From Podarcis liolepis (lineage: Eukaryota): a stretch of 64,000 nucleotides of DNA. The first letter of the stretch is position 1. Every line of letters starts with the position of its first letter. The notes under the pieces were generated by a model that saw nothing but the letters and a program-made list of their open reading frames with translations, ran no database searches and was not told the DNA's origin. The DNA lies in assembly GCA_965112155.1 (NCBI GenBank), contig OZ218100.1; one strand, given 5' to 3'. This document shows, piece by piece, positions 49,353-61,500 of this stretch. A program made the position numbers and the translations under genes.

Positions 49353-51676
49353 TAATCAATTGCAACAGAACCAACCAAATGTTATCATATAGACACAAGG
49401 CTACATCAGGAAAATAACTCTGAGTCCTAAAAGACTACATTTGGTATCTTAGCACTTAACCACCAAGTAGTAAAGGACAGCACATTATAGTGGGACTTGG
49501 GTCAAGGAGATTTGAGTTCAAAACTCCACTTAGCCATGGAGCTCCCCGGATGACTATAAGCCAGTCATACAGTGGGATGAGCCCCATTTATGCTGCTTTG
49601 AACTCCTTGTTGTCCCAGGCATGACCCCCTCCCCTCCTCTTCATGAATGTCCCATATGCAGATGAGATGGATGCCAAAGCAGGCCAATGAAGAAGGTTCT
49701 GGATACCGTGGTGAGGCAGATCCAGAAAGCAAGAAGGATTGAAAAGCAAATTCTTTAGAAAGGACATCCTCTACAGTGGGAAGTGGAGACTCGTGCATGT
49801 GAAAGTTGGCAGCAGAGAAAATATAAAGAAAGTTGGCCCAGCAGGCCTAGCTGGAAGCAGAGGGAGGTTAAAGAGAATCAAATGACTACCAGCTTACCTT
49901 TAACAATCTGCTTTGTGGCCATAGGGTGTGATGGCTGTGTTCAGTAATGTGCCAGGTATTAAAGGATAATGAATGTGAATTGATCTATTTAGGGAACAGG
50001 AATTGGATAAGTGGTCGAAAGTGTATTTATTGGGTGGCTCATTTATCCATATTCCCAGACTGTACAAAATTATGTGGTTGCCACGTAATAAGCTTCTTTG
50101 CTGGGCTTTGAGTGTGTAGCTTTACCCTCTTGTTTATATAAAACCTCAAAGGGGCTTGTTTTTGATGGGAGCTTTTATTCTTAAAGAAGAAAGCATTTAG
50201 AGAATGCTGCTGCTCAAACTTCAAAGTGCCAAATGTGCCCTGTATTAGCTTATTAGCTGCTACCTCGGAAGCCTGTCCAATACGGATCTTTATCAGGCAC
50301 TCTGTTACCATAGTATCAGATCACCTCACCATTTTTTCATGTATTTATCCTTACAATTCCCATATAAGGCAGCATATTACTAAGCCTGCTCATTTTATAG
50401 CTAAGGAGTTAAAGGAAAGGGGAACCATAGAACACTGTATGGCTCAGAGGGGCTTGAAGGTTCTTTGTCATTACAGCCAACAGACCAGATAATGTGCTGC
50501 AGTAACAATGATCAAGAAAGATCGAGGTGTCCCATGCTACAGGTGCTTAGATAACTGAGGACACATTTAGAGAAATGCAGGAACTACAAGCCTAATGCAC
50601 CAGGAACTGAGGCTCATAACAAAACAGAAACAATGTGAAGTACTAACACTCATTTTCTCACAACCCTTAATGAAACCCTTGCTCGGGACTCCAGATACAA
50701 ATACCCACCGGGAATCTCAACTCTACTGCTGCAGCTGAGGCTGTAATGACACAGGTAAGTCAGAGAGGGGGAGAAACAGCCATGTCTACAGTGTCTCCCC
50801 ACCCAGTATAGTATGATGTTGGCGATTCCCAACAAAATATTAAAAACACAATAAAACATCAACCACTAACTAGCTTAACAACATACCCCACAGGTTAACA
50901 CTGGCTGTGTTTGCACGTAACACTAAACCAGGATTTGTTTTACCCATGGTTTATAGACCAAACCATGATCAGTCTTGCAAATGACCTAAGAAACTATGGC
51001 TTGTTTTACCCAATCCTGATTTGTTCTCTTCTCACAAATGCCCTTGCAAAGTTCCTGTGTTGCCATTTATTTGAAAAAATTATATACTGGCAACATTAAG
51101 AAAAAAAGTCTCATGGCAGTGAACAGCATGAAACCAACAATTGCATTCATAAAAAAATACAAAATACACCATAAATCAGCAGCTCAGATTAATGCATCAA
51201 CACTGCCTCACCACATCACCAGCTTCCTTATAATGCTTAAGGCTGCCATACAGATTTCCCCAGACATTACTGGGATTTCAAAGGCGGAATTGGCATCTTG
51301 GGAATTTCTGAAAGGTGGTGCTGGTTTTTACTTTTTGAAATATGGCATGCCTAACTATGCTCAAATGGTGCATGGAACGTTCCTTGGGCATTTTGGGCTG
51401 CTTTCAGCATGCTCCACAACCTCCCTTCTTCCCCTGCCCCACACAATGTAATCTTGAGACCAGAAATTAATATCCCTTTCCTACCAGTGCATTGTGAAAT
51501 TATGGAATTTCCTTATGCAACATGTAGGGATGGTGACTAATTTGGGTGGTATTAACTTTAAGGATTGTTCTTAAAGTTATTTGTTGCCTGAAATTATTAA
51601 TTCACAGAGGTGAAGGGTTGTGAATGCTTTCCTTGACACTCTGACAACACCCACTGACCCCCAAGGGAAATTTTTA

Positions 51677-51831
51677 CAGTGGGGGGGGGAAGTATTTGTC
51701 CCCCTGCTAAATTTGCCTGTTTGCCCTCTGATGAAGAAATGACCAGTCCATAATTTTAATGGTAGGTTTATTGTAGCTGTGAGAGACAGAGTAACAACAG
51801 GAAAACCCCCAGAAACCCAGAAGACAAAAGT
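51677..51831 (+). mobile_element. Terminal (TIR) fragment of a Tc1-family DNA transposon
   Basis: TA|cagtggggggggggaagtatttgtccccctgctaaatttg...ataattttaatggtaggtttatt...gtgagagacaga resembles long-TIR Tc1 ends (recognised from memory). The other end is not found. Confidence 0.7.
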
Positions 51832-52384
51832 CTGTTAGTGATTGGTATCTTCAAACTTTCAGCAAAACACTGGCCAAATTATTCCCCACAGACCACCTGG
51901 CAAGATGGATCGTTCCCCTTCCCCTCCAAAAAAGTGCTATTTTACCACCTAGCATCCAACTCTTTAGCAGGGAGCCCATGCTAAATGCATGCTATGTAGC
52001 TGGAGTCTGTGCTGGGTCTGCAAGGCACCACTGCAATAGCTGTCCCAGGATCATTAGGTGTCTAAGTAAGAAGATCCCAGCAACAGCACTGTGGAGTGGG
52101 GACCCTAAGCTTTGGTTTCTCTTTCAAAGTTACTTGTTTTTATCCTTAGTAGGTCATTCAAACCTGCTAAGAGTTAAGTTGTGCTTTCAAAGTACCCTAC
52201 TGGTTAGATCTTAGTCAATTAGCCAATTTTCCTCTCCTTGTAAAGCAGTAGCGAAGCTAGACAGGTTGACTTGAGAGGGAGGACTTGTTAGGGGGAGTTG
52301 GATAGGAAAATCAATGAGGAAGGAGGGCTAATACTCAGAAAACACCAGTGAGAGCTGCTTGGTTTTGTTTTCCAAACACGGCAG

Positions 52385-52755
52385 GCTCTGAGGCGTAGGG
52401 AGCAATGGGTGGGGTGCTCCAGGAGGTTGAGGCAGGCAAGGGCCCACAGCCCAGCTCCCTAGCTGGCCAGGTGGAACTTGCTAGCTCTGGGAGGAGGTGT
52501 GTAATTCCTCAGCTGGAACAGGTGAGGGTCAGATGCCTCATCAAGCCCAGATGCTGCAGGCAGCATGCAAATTATAGAAGGGCAGCAGAGCTGAGGTCCT
52601 GGGTCTGCTTAAGTGCCCATGTTGATGGGCCTTAGTTTGGATGGTCCAGGATTTCTGTGGGACTGCTTTGGTTTGGATTTTGGACTTGTGGCTTGACCCT
52701 GGACTGGGGACTTGACATACTGACTTGCCACCAGGTAGGACAAGGGTTCAGGACA
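52385..52755 (+). mobile_element. Possible decayed solo LTR
   Basis: GC-rich U3-like segment, TATA-like attatagaag, ggac/ttgg-rich 3' part ending ...ggttcaggaca. The 5' TG end and TSD are not established. Confidence 0.35.
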
Positions 52756-53972
52756 GATGCCATATATAGAACATATAAATTGCATGATTCAGGTCAATGG
52801 TCCGCACACCCTAAGGTATATTGGCACATCCACTTTGACTAGCACCTCCTACTGTAAATGTCAAATATTCTATGCCTCTGAATATTAACTACCCTACTTA
52901 GTCTTCCCATAGGCATCTGGTTGGCCACTGTGAGAACAGGATACTGGACTAGATGGGCCACTGCCCTTCTGTTCTTAGGATCCATGTGCTATTGTAAGCC
53001 TCAAAATGCTGTAAAGGCCCATACAGAGAATACGTTGAACTGTAAATGGAACAAAAAGTCAGGACTACCCTGGTTTGGTTCTTTTCAGTTTCTGATTCAG
53101 ATTCTGATCCAAGAAACCAGGCCTGTTTGTCTGCATCTTTTTGTCCTTAGACTTTCTCCCACAAATATACTCTTAATATATACAGTCTCCTGTGTTCTCC
53201 ACTTCAGTTGCTATCAGTTGCATAGGTAAAGATCAGAGGAAACTTCCTCATAGCAAACAAATGTTCTTGGCTGTCACACACAATTAATAGCACTGCTTGA
53301 GTTTTTCAATAAAAAAGATCTCTTCAGGGAATATTTTTTAAAGTGCTCTGTCCTGACCTGAATTTGCTCCCATTGCAGTCAATAGAAGTTTTATATAAAA
53401 TTTAAGAGAAAAGGCCAACTCCAGACCTCCTGCCAGTCCCCCCTCCACCTTTCCATGACACATGGACACTTTAAATAGAAATAGTATCATCCATATAATA
53501 TGGCTGAGGCTTGTAAAGTCAGGGGATCTTTAGTCTGCTACATTCTAAAAATGTGTCTATGTCATGCCCAGCTTTAACCTGGAGACCAGCTCCTCAGAGG
53601 ATGAATTGGACCTCCCACTGACTGACTGAAGACTTGGGGGAGCAGGCATCTCCACCCCATTGCCAGCCCTGAACGTTCAGGGGGGACTTTGCAGGGTCCT
53701 TCCAGAGGTGCCATTTGTGTGGCTTCCAGTTGGAAGGTCAATGGATGAGCTCCTGGTGGAGTCCATGGGAAAGGTGGAGCCACCACTGCCAGCAATCTTC
53801 AAGGGCATGGATCCCCAAAGATTCAAGTTGTAAACCCATGACAAAGTGCACAACTGAGAGTCCAAAGTCACCATGTGGCTCAGTAGTAATAATAACAACT
53901 CCTGATGAGTAACAGTACTTCTCAAGAGGAAGGGCTTTCAAAACACCAGCAGTTGGTATTAGAATAATAGAA

Positions 53973-54100
53973 TTGTAACTTGAAGCCTTTGGTTCGGGTC
54001 CTACTCTCCAGAGCCAGAGAAAACAAGCTTTCTCCATCTTCCATGTGATAGCTCTTTAGATATGTGAAGGTGGCTATCTTCTCTCTCTCTCCTAAAGGGC
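53973..54100 (-). mobile_element. CR1 LINE ORF2 C-terminal fragment
   Basis: ORF 53922..54116 gives IATFTYLKSYHMEDGESLFSLALESRTRTKGFKLQ, matching the CR1 C-terminal motif. Confidence 0.8.
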
Positions 54101-54788
54101 AGAACACAAAAAGCATAGCTAAGCCACCTGTGAGCTCTGAACCAATGGAGGGCTGCTCTGAATTATATTCTTATTGCTGCAGTTGGAAAGAGAGAGAAAA
54201 TGGTACCTTGCCCATCTGAACACTGGCGGTCTTGGTTCACTGCTTATTCTTTGTGCCCTAACAAGCTGACAGCACCATTGATTTCTGTCTCCTCTGTCTT
54301 TGGCAGTAACAAGCCCCCAGAGACGGTGAAATCCTTGCTTTCTTGGTTAACCTCTGCACCGCTTTCCTCCCTTTGCCTTTTTTCCAAATGCTTGCTGCTT
54401 TCCAGTATCTATTCACAAGGGAAAGTCAGCCTCTCTAAGTCAAGTATGTTTTTCTTGCTATAAATACTCATTATGTAAATCACTGTTGCTTTTTTGGCTA
54501 GATAGTAAAGGAACGACAAAATGAAGTATACATCATCTTTATTATGCTTGGACCCTGTTGCCCCACAGGGATTGGTTTGGTTGTACAGACTTATTCACCT
54601 GGCTTGGATATTGATAGCATTTTAACAACGCAATTTGAGAGTGAAGTTTCTATGCGTTAATTTCCCCCCAAATAACCAATAAAGGAAAGGCAGTGGTTTA
54701 AGATACTTATGTGATTTAAGTAGCCAAGATTTACAACGGGAGAAAGCAGCTGTACTATTTCAGTTTCCTGTGTCTGTTAATTCAGTAA

Positions 54789-55115
<327 letters not shown>

Positions 55116-57507
55116 TAGGTTATTTCAGTCATGTTTACTGGTGTATTGGGATAAGAACATATCTGTCTGGAGACAAGTCACAGCAGCTGATTATTCTAAG
55201 CATGGGCATTTATTTACTTATTGCCTTTATATACTACTTTTCAGCCAGAACTCACAAAGTGATTTACATAAGGCTATTACAACACCATGTATTTAAAAAT
55301 ACAATAGAATGGATAGGAAAACTTGTTGGTTTAGAAAAAGCTGCTCCTGCCTACTCTCTCCTCCCCTCAGGGCAAGATGGACCTTCAGAGGCCTCTGTGG
55401 TGGCAGCTGAGGGAATGGGCCACTATGGAAACTGGATGGTGACACTTTTCCAAGCCTCTTTCTACTCCGCTTCGCTCAGGGCAAGATGGTCCTTCAGATT
55501 TAAGGGACAGTGAAGCTAGTTAAAAAATAAAGCAAACTATTGACATAAGTATTTCTCTTTACAAGTCTCAAAATGGTTTGCATTGTTTATTTAATTATCA
55601 CTTAGGAAACTTATCTTCTGCCTTTCCCCTACAATAGAACTCTAATAGTTTAGATTCACAAGTACTCACTGGAATATAAATTGAGGGATGTGGTGCCTTC
55701 CAGATGTTGTTGGATTCCAGTTCAGCTTGGACTCCAACCAGCTTGGCCAATGTTCAGGGATGGTCGGAGTTGTAGGGTGGTTAACTGACCAAAAGGAGGA
55801 AAAACACCCCAATCTAACAAACATGGCTTGAGCTTTAACTTGCAGCGGGGCATAATAATAATTTTATGGCAATCCAGAATATTAGTTTCCCTCTCTGCTC
55901 TTGTTCTGCACATCTCATTGCCTCATACCAGATGTATCCAATTACTTAATTTTAAATGCCTTGTTACATTTCATATATCACTTTTATGAAGGCTTCTCAA
56001 CTGGTGCTTTACAGCAAAGGCTCTGCAGAGTAGCATACCCTGGCCCCAAATTAATATGTTGGAGTATTTTGCCCACAGGAACAGTTTTTTAATTACATAT
56101 TTGCAAAGTATTACTTTGACTAAGGACCAAAATAAATATTTCATGGCAGAGATTGTGATAAGTTTTCAAGACTCTTTGAGAGGATACTTAATTTGATCAG
56201 AGCGGCAATGCTGGAGGATGAGTGTTTAACTCTTTCCCCGATATGATTCCTAATCTGAATTCCCTTCTTCCACTCTGCTAACATGCCCACTGGGAGGAGG
56301 ATATTGGCCACATTTACACCACAGATTTAAAGCACTATGATGTCACAGTAAACAGTCATGGCTTCCCCTAAAGAATTCTGGGAGTTGTAATCTGTTAAGG
56401 ATGCTGACAATTGTTAAGAGGCCCCTATTCCCCTGAGTGATTTAACAATTAAACCCTCTTCACAGAGTGAATACACCTAATCCTCAGGAGCAGATTTGGG
56501 GAGCAAACAGGAGACTACAGGGAGGAAGAGAGATAGGGGAAGTCCTGTTGCATGCGTGGACTTCCGGTCATCCTGTGTTGGTTACTGCCCGTTTTAAATA
56601 AAGTTGGAAGCAAACCTGCGCACATACAGTTGCCTTTCCAGTGTTCCCAGCTGTGCAGTAATAACCCAACATGTCAAGTGTTTATGTGTAGGGCTTGTTT
56701 TGACCTTCAGATGAATGCGTGAAGATTGGGAGCAGGGAGAGCAGATATGATCTGCCATCTTCCCTCTCCATGTGTTGAAAGAAGGCCTGAAAAGGTCAAA
56801 ATGTCTTCCCGAAACTTTCTCTTGCTGATCAATTTCTGGAGTCGGTTTGGGGGAGATCCAGCCTATGAAGTCGTACATCCCTGCTCCAGGTTATTTCCTC
56901 TTTTCAGAACCCCCCCCCTCCCCAATTCAGATCTAGACTTGGCCATGAACTGAGCAGATTTAGGAAACTCACAATCCTATTCTCCCAGTAATATGTACAT
57001 AATAACACCAGCCTAGTCTGCAAGATTGTTGTGGGGATTACTGACAATCTATGAGAAGCATTTTTACGGAAGTGGCCACTTGAGAAAAAGACAATAATGC
57101 ACTGTGGCATTGTGGTGGTAAATTGTATGCTGGGATTTGTATTAAAAGTATAAAAAGGACCTAAGGGGAATAGGAAAGAAACTGGAGTGTTTGGAGAAGG
57201 GGAGTATTCAGTTTTAGTTTTGAGTGTGTTTCTGGAATAAAGAAGCTGCAAACATTTGTTGGGGGCTGCTGGGAATTGTGGTCCAAAACCCCTGAGGTGT
57301 TCCAGGCTAGGGAATATTGGCATACATTAACTAGAAGTTGCTCTGTTGTATCCATTAATCAAAGGCAGAAGTAAATCACCAACACTTTATTCTATAATAA
57401 CAAATGACAACCTAAGCAAACTGAAGAAGTATACCCAGACCTCACAATATTGTTACTTCTCATTTCCTTTTATAGGCTAACTCCCTTCAGCTGACAATAC
57501 TCCCAGC

Positions 57508-57641
57508 CAGTGTTTTTTTTCCTAAAAATGTTTGAGGGTACTCTCATTTTCCTACTCATATTGAAATGCTGCCCCTCATTGAGACCAAACTTAGATTCAC
57601 AAAATATTTAGGGGTATGCGTACCCATAGAAAAAAGCACTG
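57508..57641. mobile_element. 134-bp hAT MITE related to 26274-26400
   Basis: TIRs cagtgttttttt / aaaaaagcactg and perfect 8-bp TSD ctcccagc (57500-57507, 57642-57649). Confidence 0.88.
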
Positions 57642-58327
57642 CTCCCAGCTGTCTTTCAAGAAAGCTTAAAGGGAAACTGCTTACTAAATCGCCAAAGTCT
57701 TCCCTCAAGCCCCACCTGGAGATACCAGGGACCTGGGGCTATTGACCTATAGCTTCCTGTAAGGGCTGCCTTTGAAGAGTTTTTGAACATTTCAACTGGT
57801 TCTCAGTGCAGGGATCATGTTATACTTTACATTGTTGTATAAAAATGTCAAAGTTGTATTTTAAGCTTCAACAACAACACAGCACCAGGGGTTGCTAACA
57901 TTTTTCCCCGGTGTTTGCTGCCAGATTTCACAAAGTAAAAACCAGGCCAAAAATGTGTCCTTGTTCAGAGAACCAAGTGACAGATGCAGCCATGTCACAA
58001 AGTCATCCCCATCCCCATCCCCAACCCCCACAGTCCTTTGAATGCAGCTAATAATCCTTACATCTTCAGGTTGCCACGGATAGCACTGTGCCTGCATTCA
58101 GTTGCTGCATCCCGACATATGCTCTAGTGTTACTTACAGAGGAGCTGTCATGGTCTTCAGTAGAGGTCATGTGTGTGGTGTCAGAGGTGCTCTTGTAGAT
58201 ATCACTGCATGCAATAATTGTGACCAGGTCTTCAGACTTTACAGATTCTATTCCTCATGCAGTTTAATTGGTGTGCGGCAATTTTCATGTTAGTCAAATC
58301 AACAACTGTAGAAAGTATTGAGTAGCA

Positions 58328-58531
58328 TAGGGTTGCCATATTGCAATAAGTAAAATTCCTGACATCCGCAGTAATTTTAAGCTTTTTTGAGCTGTTTCTG
58401 TTGCTTTTTCAATTGCCATACATCCAGGATTTTCCTGACTTTTACTGATGCAGCAAAAATTCCCCCTAAAGCCATTTTTACACCCAAAAACCAGGACATG
58501 TTAGGAATTCTTCTGACATATGGCAAGCCTA
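58328..58531. mobile_element. Degenerate hAT (Blackjack-like) MITE
   Basis: TIRs tagggttgccata / tatggcaagccta. No TSD recognisable. Confidence 0.65.
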
Positions 58532-61500
58532 CATTTAATCAAGAAAGTTTCAAATACATAAGGTGAGATCACATCTCTTTGTGGAAGAGAAGTTCTGTGT
58601 TTTTGCATTTCTGGATAAGTTAATGCCAAGAAAGGCTTTCAGTCGCATACATACAAAGCTCCTACTAGTCTTGCTTCAGGCCCAACATGAAATTGAGACA
58701 GCTTTGGTAGTATTTTTGGATGATTCCTCGTGGTGATAGACACAGGTGACACAGTTAAACTGATAATGATTAAAAAGTGTTGTGACTCTGGCAACTTGCC
58801 CCAACAGGAGACAGTAAAACTTGTTAAATTGCCTTCATTCATGTCTTCCTATCAGATTTTAAATAGCTGTGATAGGTAGCTGTTCCTCCTCCTGTTGCCT
58901 GAGGGATTAAATCCTGTCACTGCTTCAGTCATTTGTCTCTTATGGCCCTAGATGAGGTTTCATTGTAGTGAAGTGTTGTGGACTGAGCTGTCAAAAAAGA
59001 GACTGATCATGACTGAAAGCTCTGAGGATTTTGTTTCAGTTGGCAAAGACACTATTTGATACCAAAATGTATGAAGACGTATGGGTGAAGAGCAACCTCA
59101 AAACAAGGTTCATCTCTGGACAAACTTGTTCCCACAGCTTTGTCTGTTAATAAGTCATCCATTTTGTATTTGGAAGTCACATACCTTGAGGGCAATTGCA
59201 CACACCCCCAACCTCTTATGCCTTCATTTTATTAAAGCAAAACATTCTCATGAAATTAAAAGGTGCACAAAACTGTAATAAATAATAGAGCTAAATAGAT
59301 AAAAATAAGTGGATATTTGCTCCAGTGCATCCCTTCGTCCACATGGCATTTGCTGCTTCAGTTACTTAAACCAGTGTCTCTTCTGATGTTATAATAGCTA
59401 CACAGATTGTCAGTTATGATTATTTTAACAATATCAGTTCACTCCATAATATCAGTTCTCTGTGTGATCTAAGGGACCCCTCACCTTTATTATTTGTTTT
59501 TATATTAGATGTGCTGTGCTGAGTTAGAATGTCAGTTTACTCCCTTAACACGGATTTAGGATCTTGCCCCAACTTTATGCAAAGCAAGCATAAATTAAAC
59601 CTATTTCACACCTTATAAAATTTCCTTAATTGAACTGTTTTCCAGAAAAGACCCCAAGACTGGGCTAGGTAAGAGTAAATGAGTTGGGTGTGTCTCCTGG
59701 GTGTAGTTCACCTGACTCCAAAGATTTTAAGTTCCAGCTTTCTCTTTCCCCTTGATTTAAAATTCCCTCTGATGCTAGGAAGGGAGAAACTAAAAGAATT
59801 CTCCTAAATATTTTCCTCCTTCTGGACCAGCAGACTTTCTGCTGTGGATAACATTTCCCTTTAAAGTGGACCTCTGTGTGCCCAGGTCACTTGTATTATA
59901 GATTCCCAGGCCAAGCCACATGCTCAAGCTAGTCTACCTTGTTTTGTTTTTCCTGAACAACAGGCAATGAAAAATGTAACAGAGCAGCTTATCTATTCTT
60001 CACCACGTTGCATTATGTATAGAGGTTGAGCATGACAATCTGCCTCATACAGTATATTCAGTCAGATCATTGGTCCATCTAGCACTGTACCACCTGTGGC
60101 AGCAGCTCTCCATAGCTTGGGAGCAGAGGTCTTTTCTAGATGCTTAAGATCCTTTTAACTGGAAATGTCAGGAATCTGAGGCTTTCTGTGGTCAAAGAAT
60201 AGGCAATACTACTGAGCTCTAGACACTCCTTAAAGGTTAAGTATTTAACACTTTCATGTATATGGCTGTAAGAATTATACTCTTGATCTCCGAGTAATTA
60301 AAAAAGAAACATGATAATGTATATCTGTTTCTGATCTGGATGTAAGCTTATTGGAATAAAACCCTAACCAGGTTGGTATCTGGAATAAGACCCGCATTGC
60401 AATAAGATCCTTGGAGTCTGGTAAGGCTGATAAACGTATGCAAAACACTGTTGGCAGGGGAAGCTCATTTTCACTATAAGATAACCCTTTCCGTATGTTT
60501 GATTTAAATAATAAGATAACATGGGGGGGTGCATATAAGAGCTGTGTTGTTTGGGGTGGGGGTTGTTTCTTTAAAAACCCTTCTGGTAAGCTATGTTGCA
60601 CTTTGCACACTGTAAAGTGAACTCTAGAAGCTCAGAGTAAGTAGGGTGAATGTGAAATATTTTTGCATGGAATGAAGTTTCACTGATGAATACTTTGAGG
60701 AACTGCAATGAAGACAAAGGGGTGGCTATGGAAACAGATCTAGTAAAAAAAGGTAAAGGTAATTTTTGGAGGGGTCATTGCCTCTCTCTTGCATTCAACC
60801 AATGGATGGTTGCATTTTTTAATGGTTTTTGTATGTATTTTTCATTGCTGCATGTGAAATGCCATTTACTGTATTAGTGCTTCAAAGAAACATGAACTGA
60901 AAAATATAGACAGTCATTTTTTTCAGGTTTTACATCTATAATTATCCTATCTATGCAGAGTCATTATAACAATGGGGAATATAATGAATAGCATAATGTC
61001 AATAGTGCAGCTCTAATTGAGTTCAGCTAAAGATCTGGTCTAAGGATTTAGGATCTTCCCATCAAAAGACATTCAGATACAAATCTACTGATGCAAATTT
61101 TATTTAAATATGCTAATTTGCAGATCAATTATCTGATACATCCAGTGAAAACTTACTCCCTGACCACATTGGGCTGATCCAAAGTCTTGTTTGTGCAATG
61201 GTCTTCTATCAAGTTCTCCAATGGAACAGGCACCATGCCCAGGAATTGCTCTGTTTTTTAATGGCCTCTTCATTCCTGTTCTCCTACATACAGAGGGAGA
61301 GAGGACAGCAAATGCAATAACTTGGAGTCACTGAATTATGGTTGTTACATGGAAGTAGGTCCTATTGATTTTAACACAACTAATCTAATAGGGTATTGTA
61401 GAATAATCTCTACTGACACTGGATATTGGACTGTGTTGAGAGTATCCATCTACATTGTACAACCAATTTAGTCATATTTTCTTTGGAGCAAAGGGCTGTG

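Noticed and set aside
53560-53843. tgtcatg...catgaca bounded segment, and the similar region ending at 32043, as solo LTRs
   Set aside because: Termini are suggestive but no TSD or other LTR hallmark could be confirmed.
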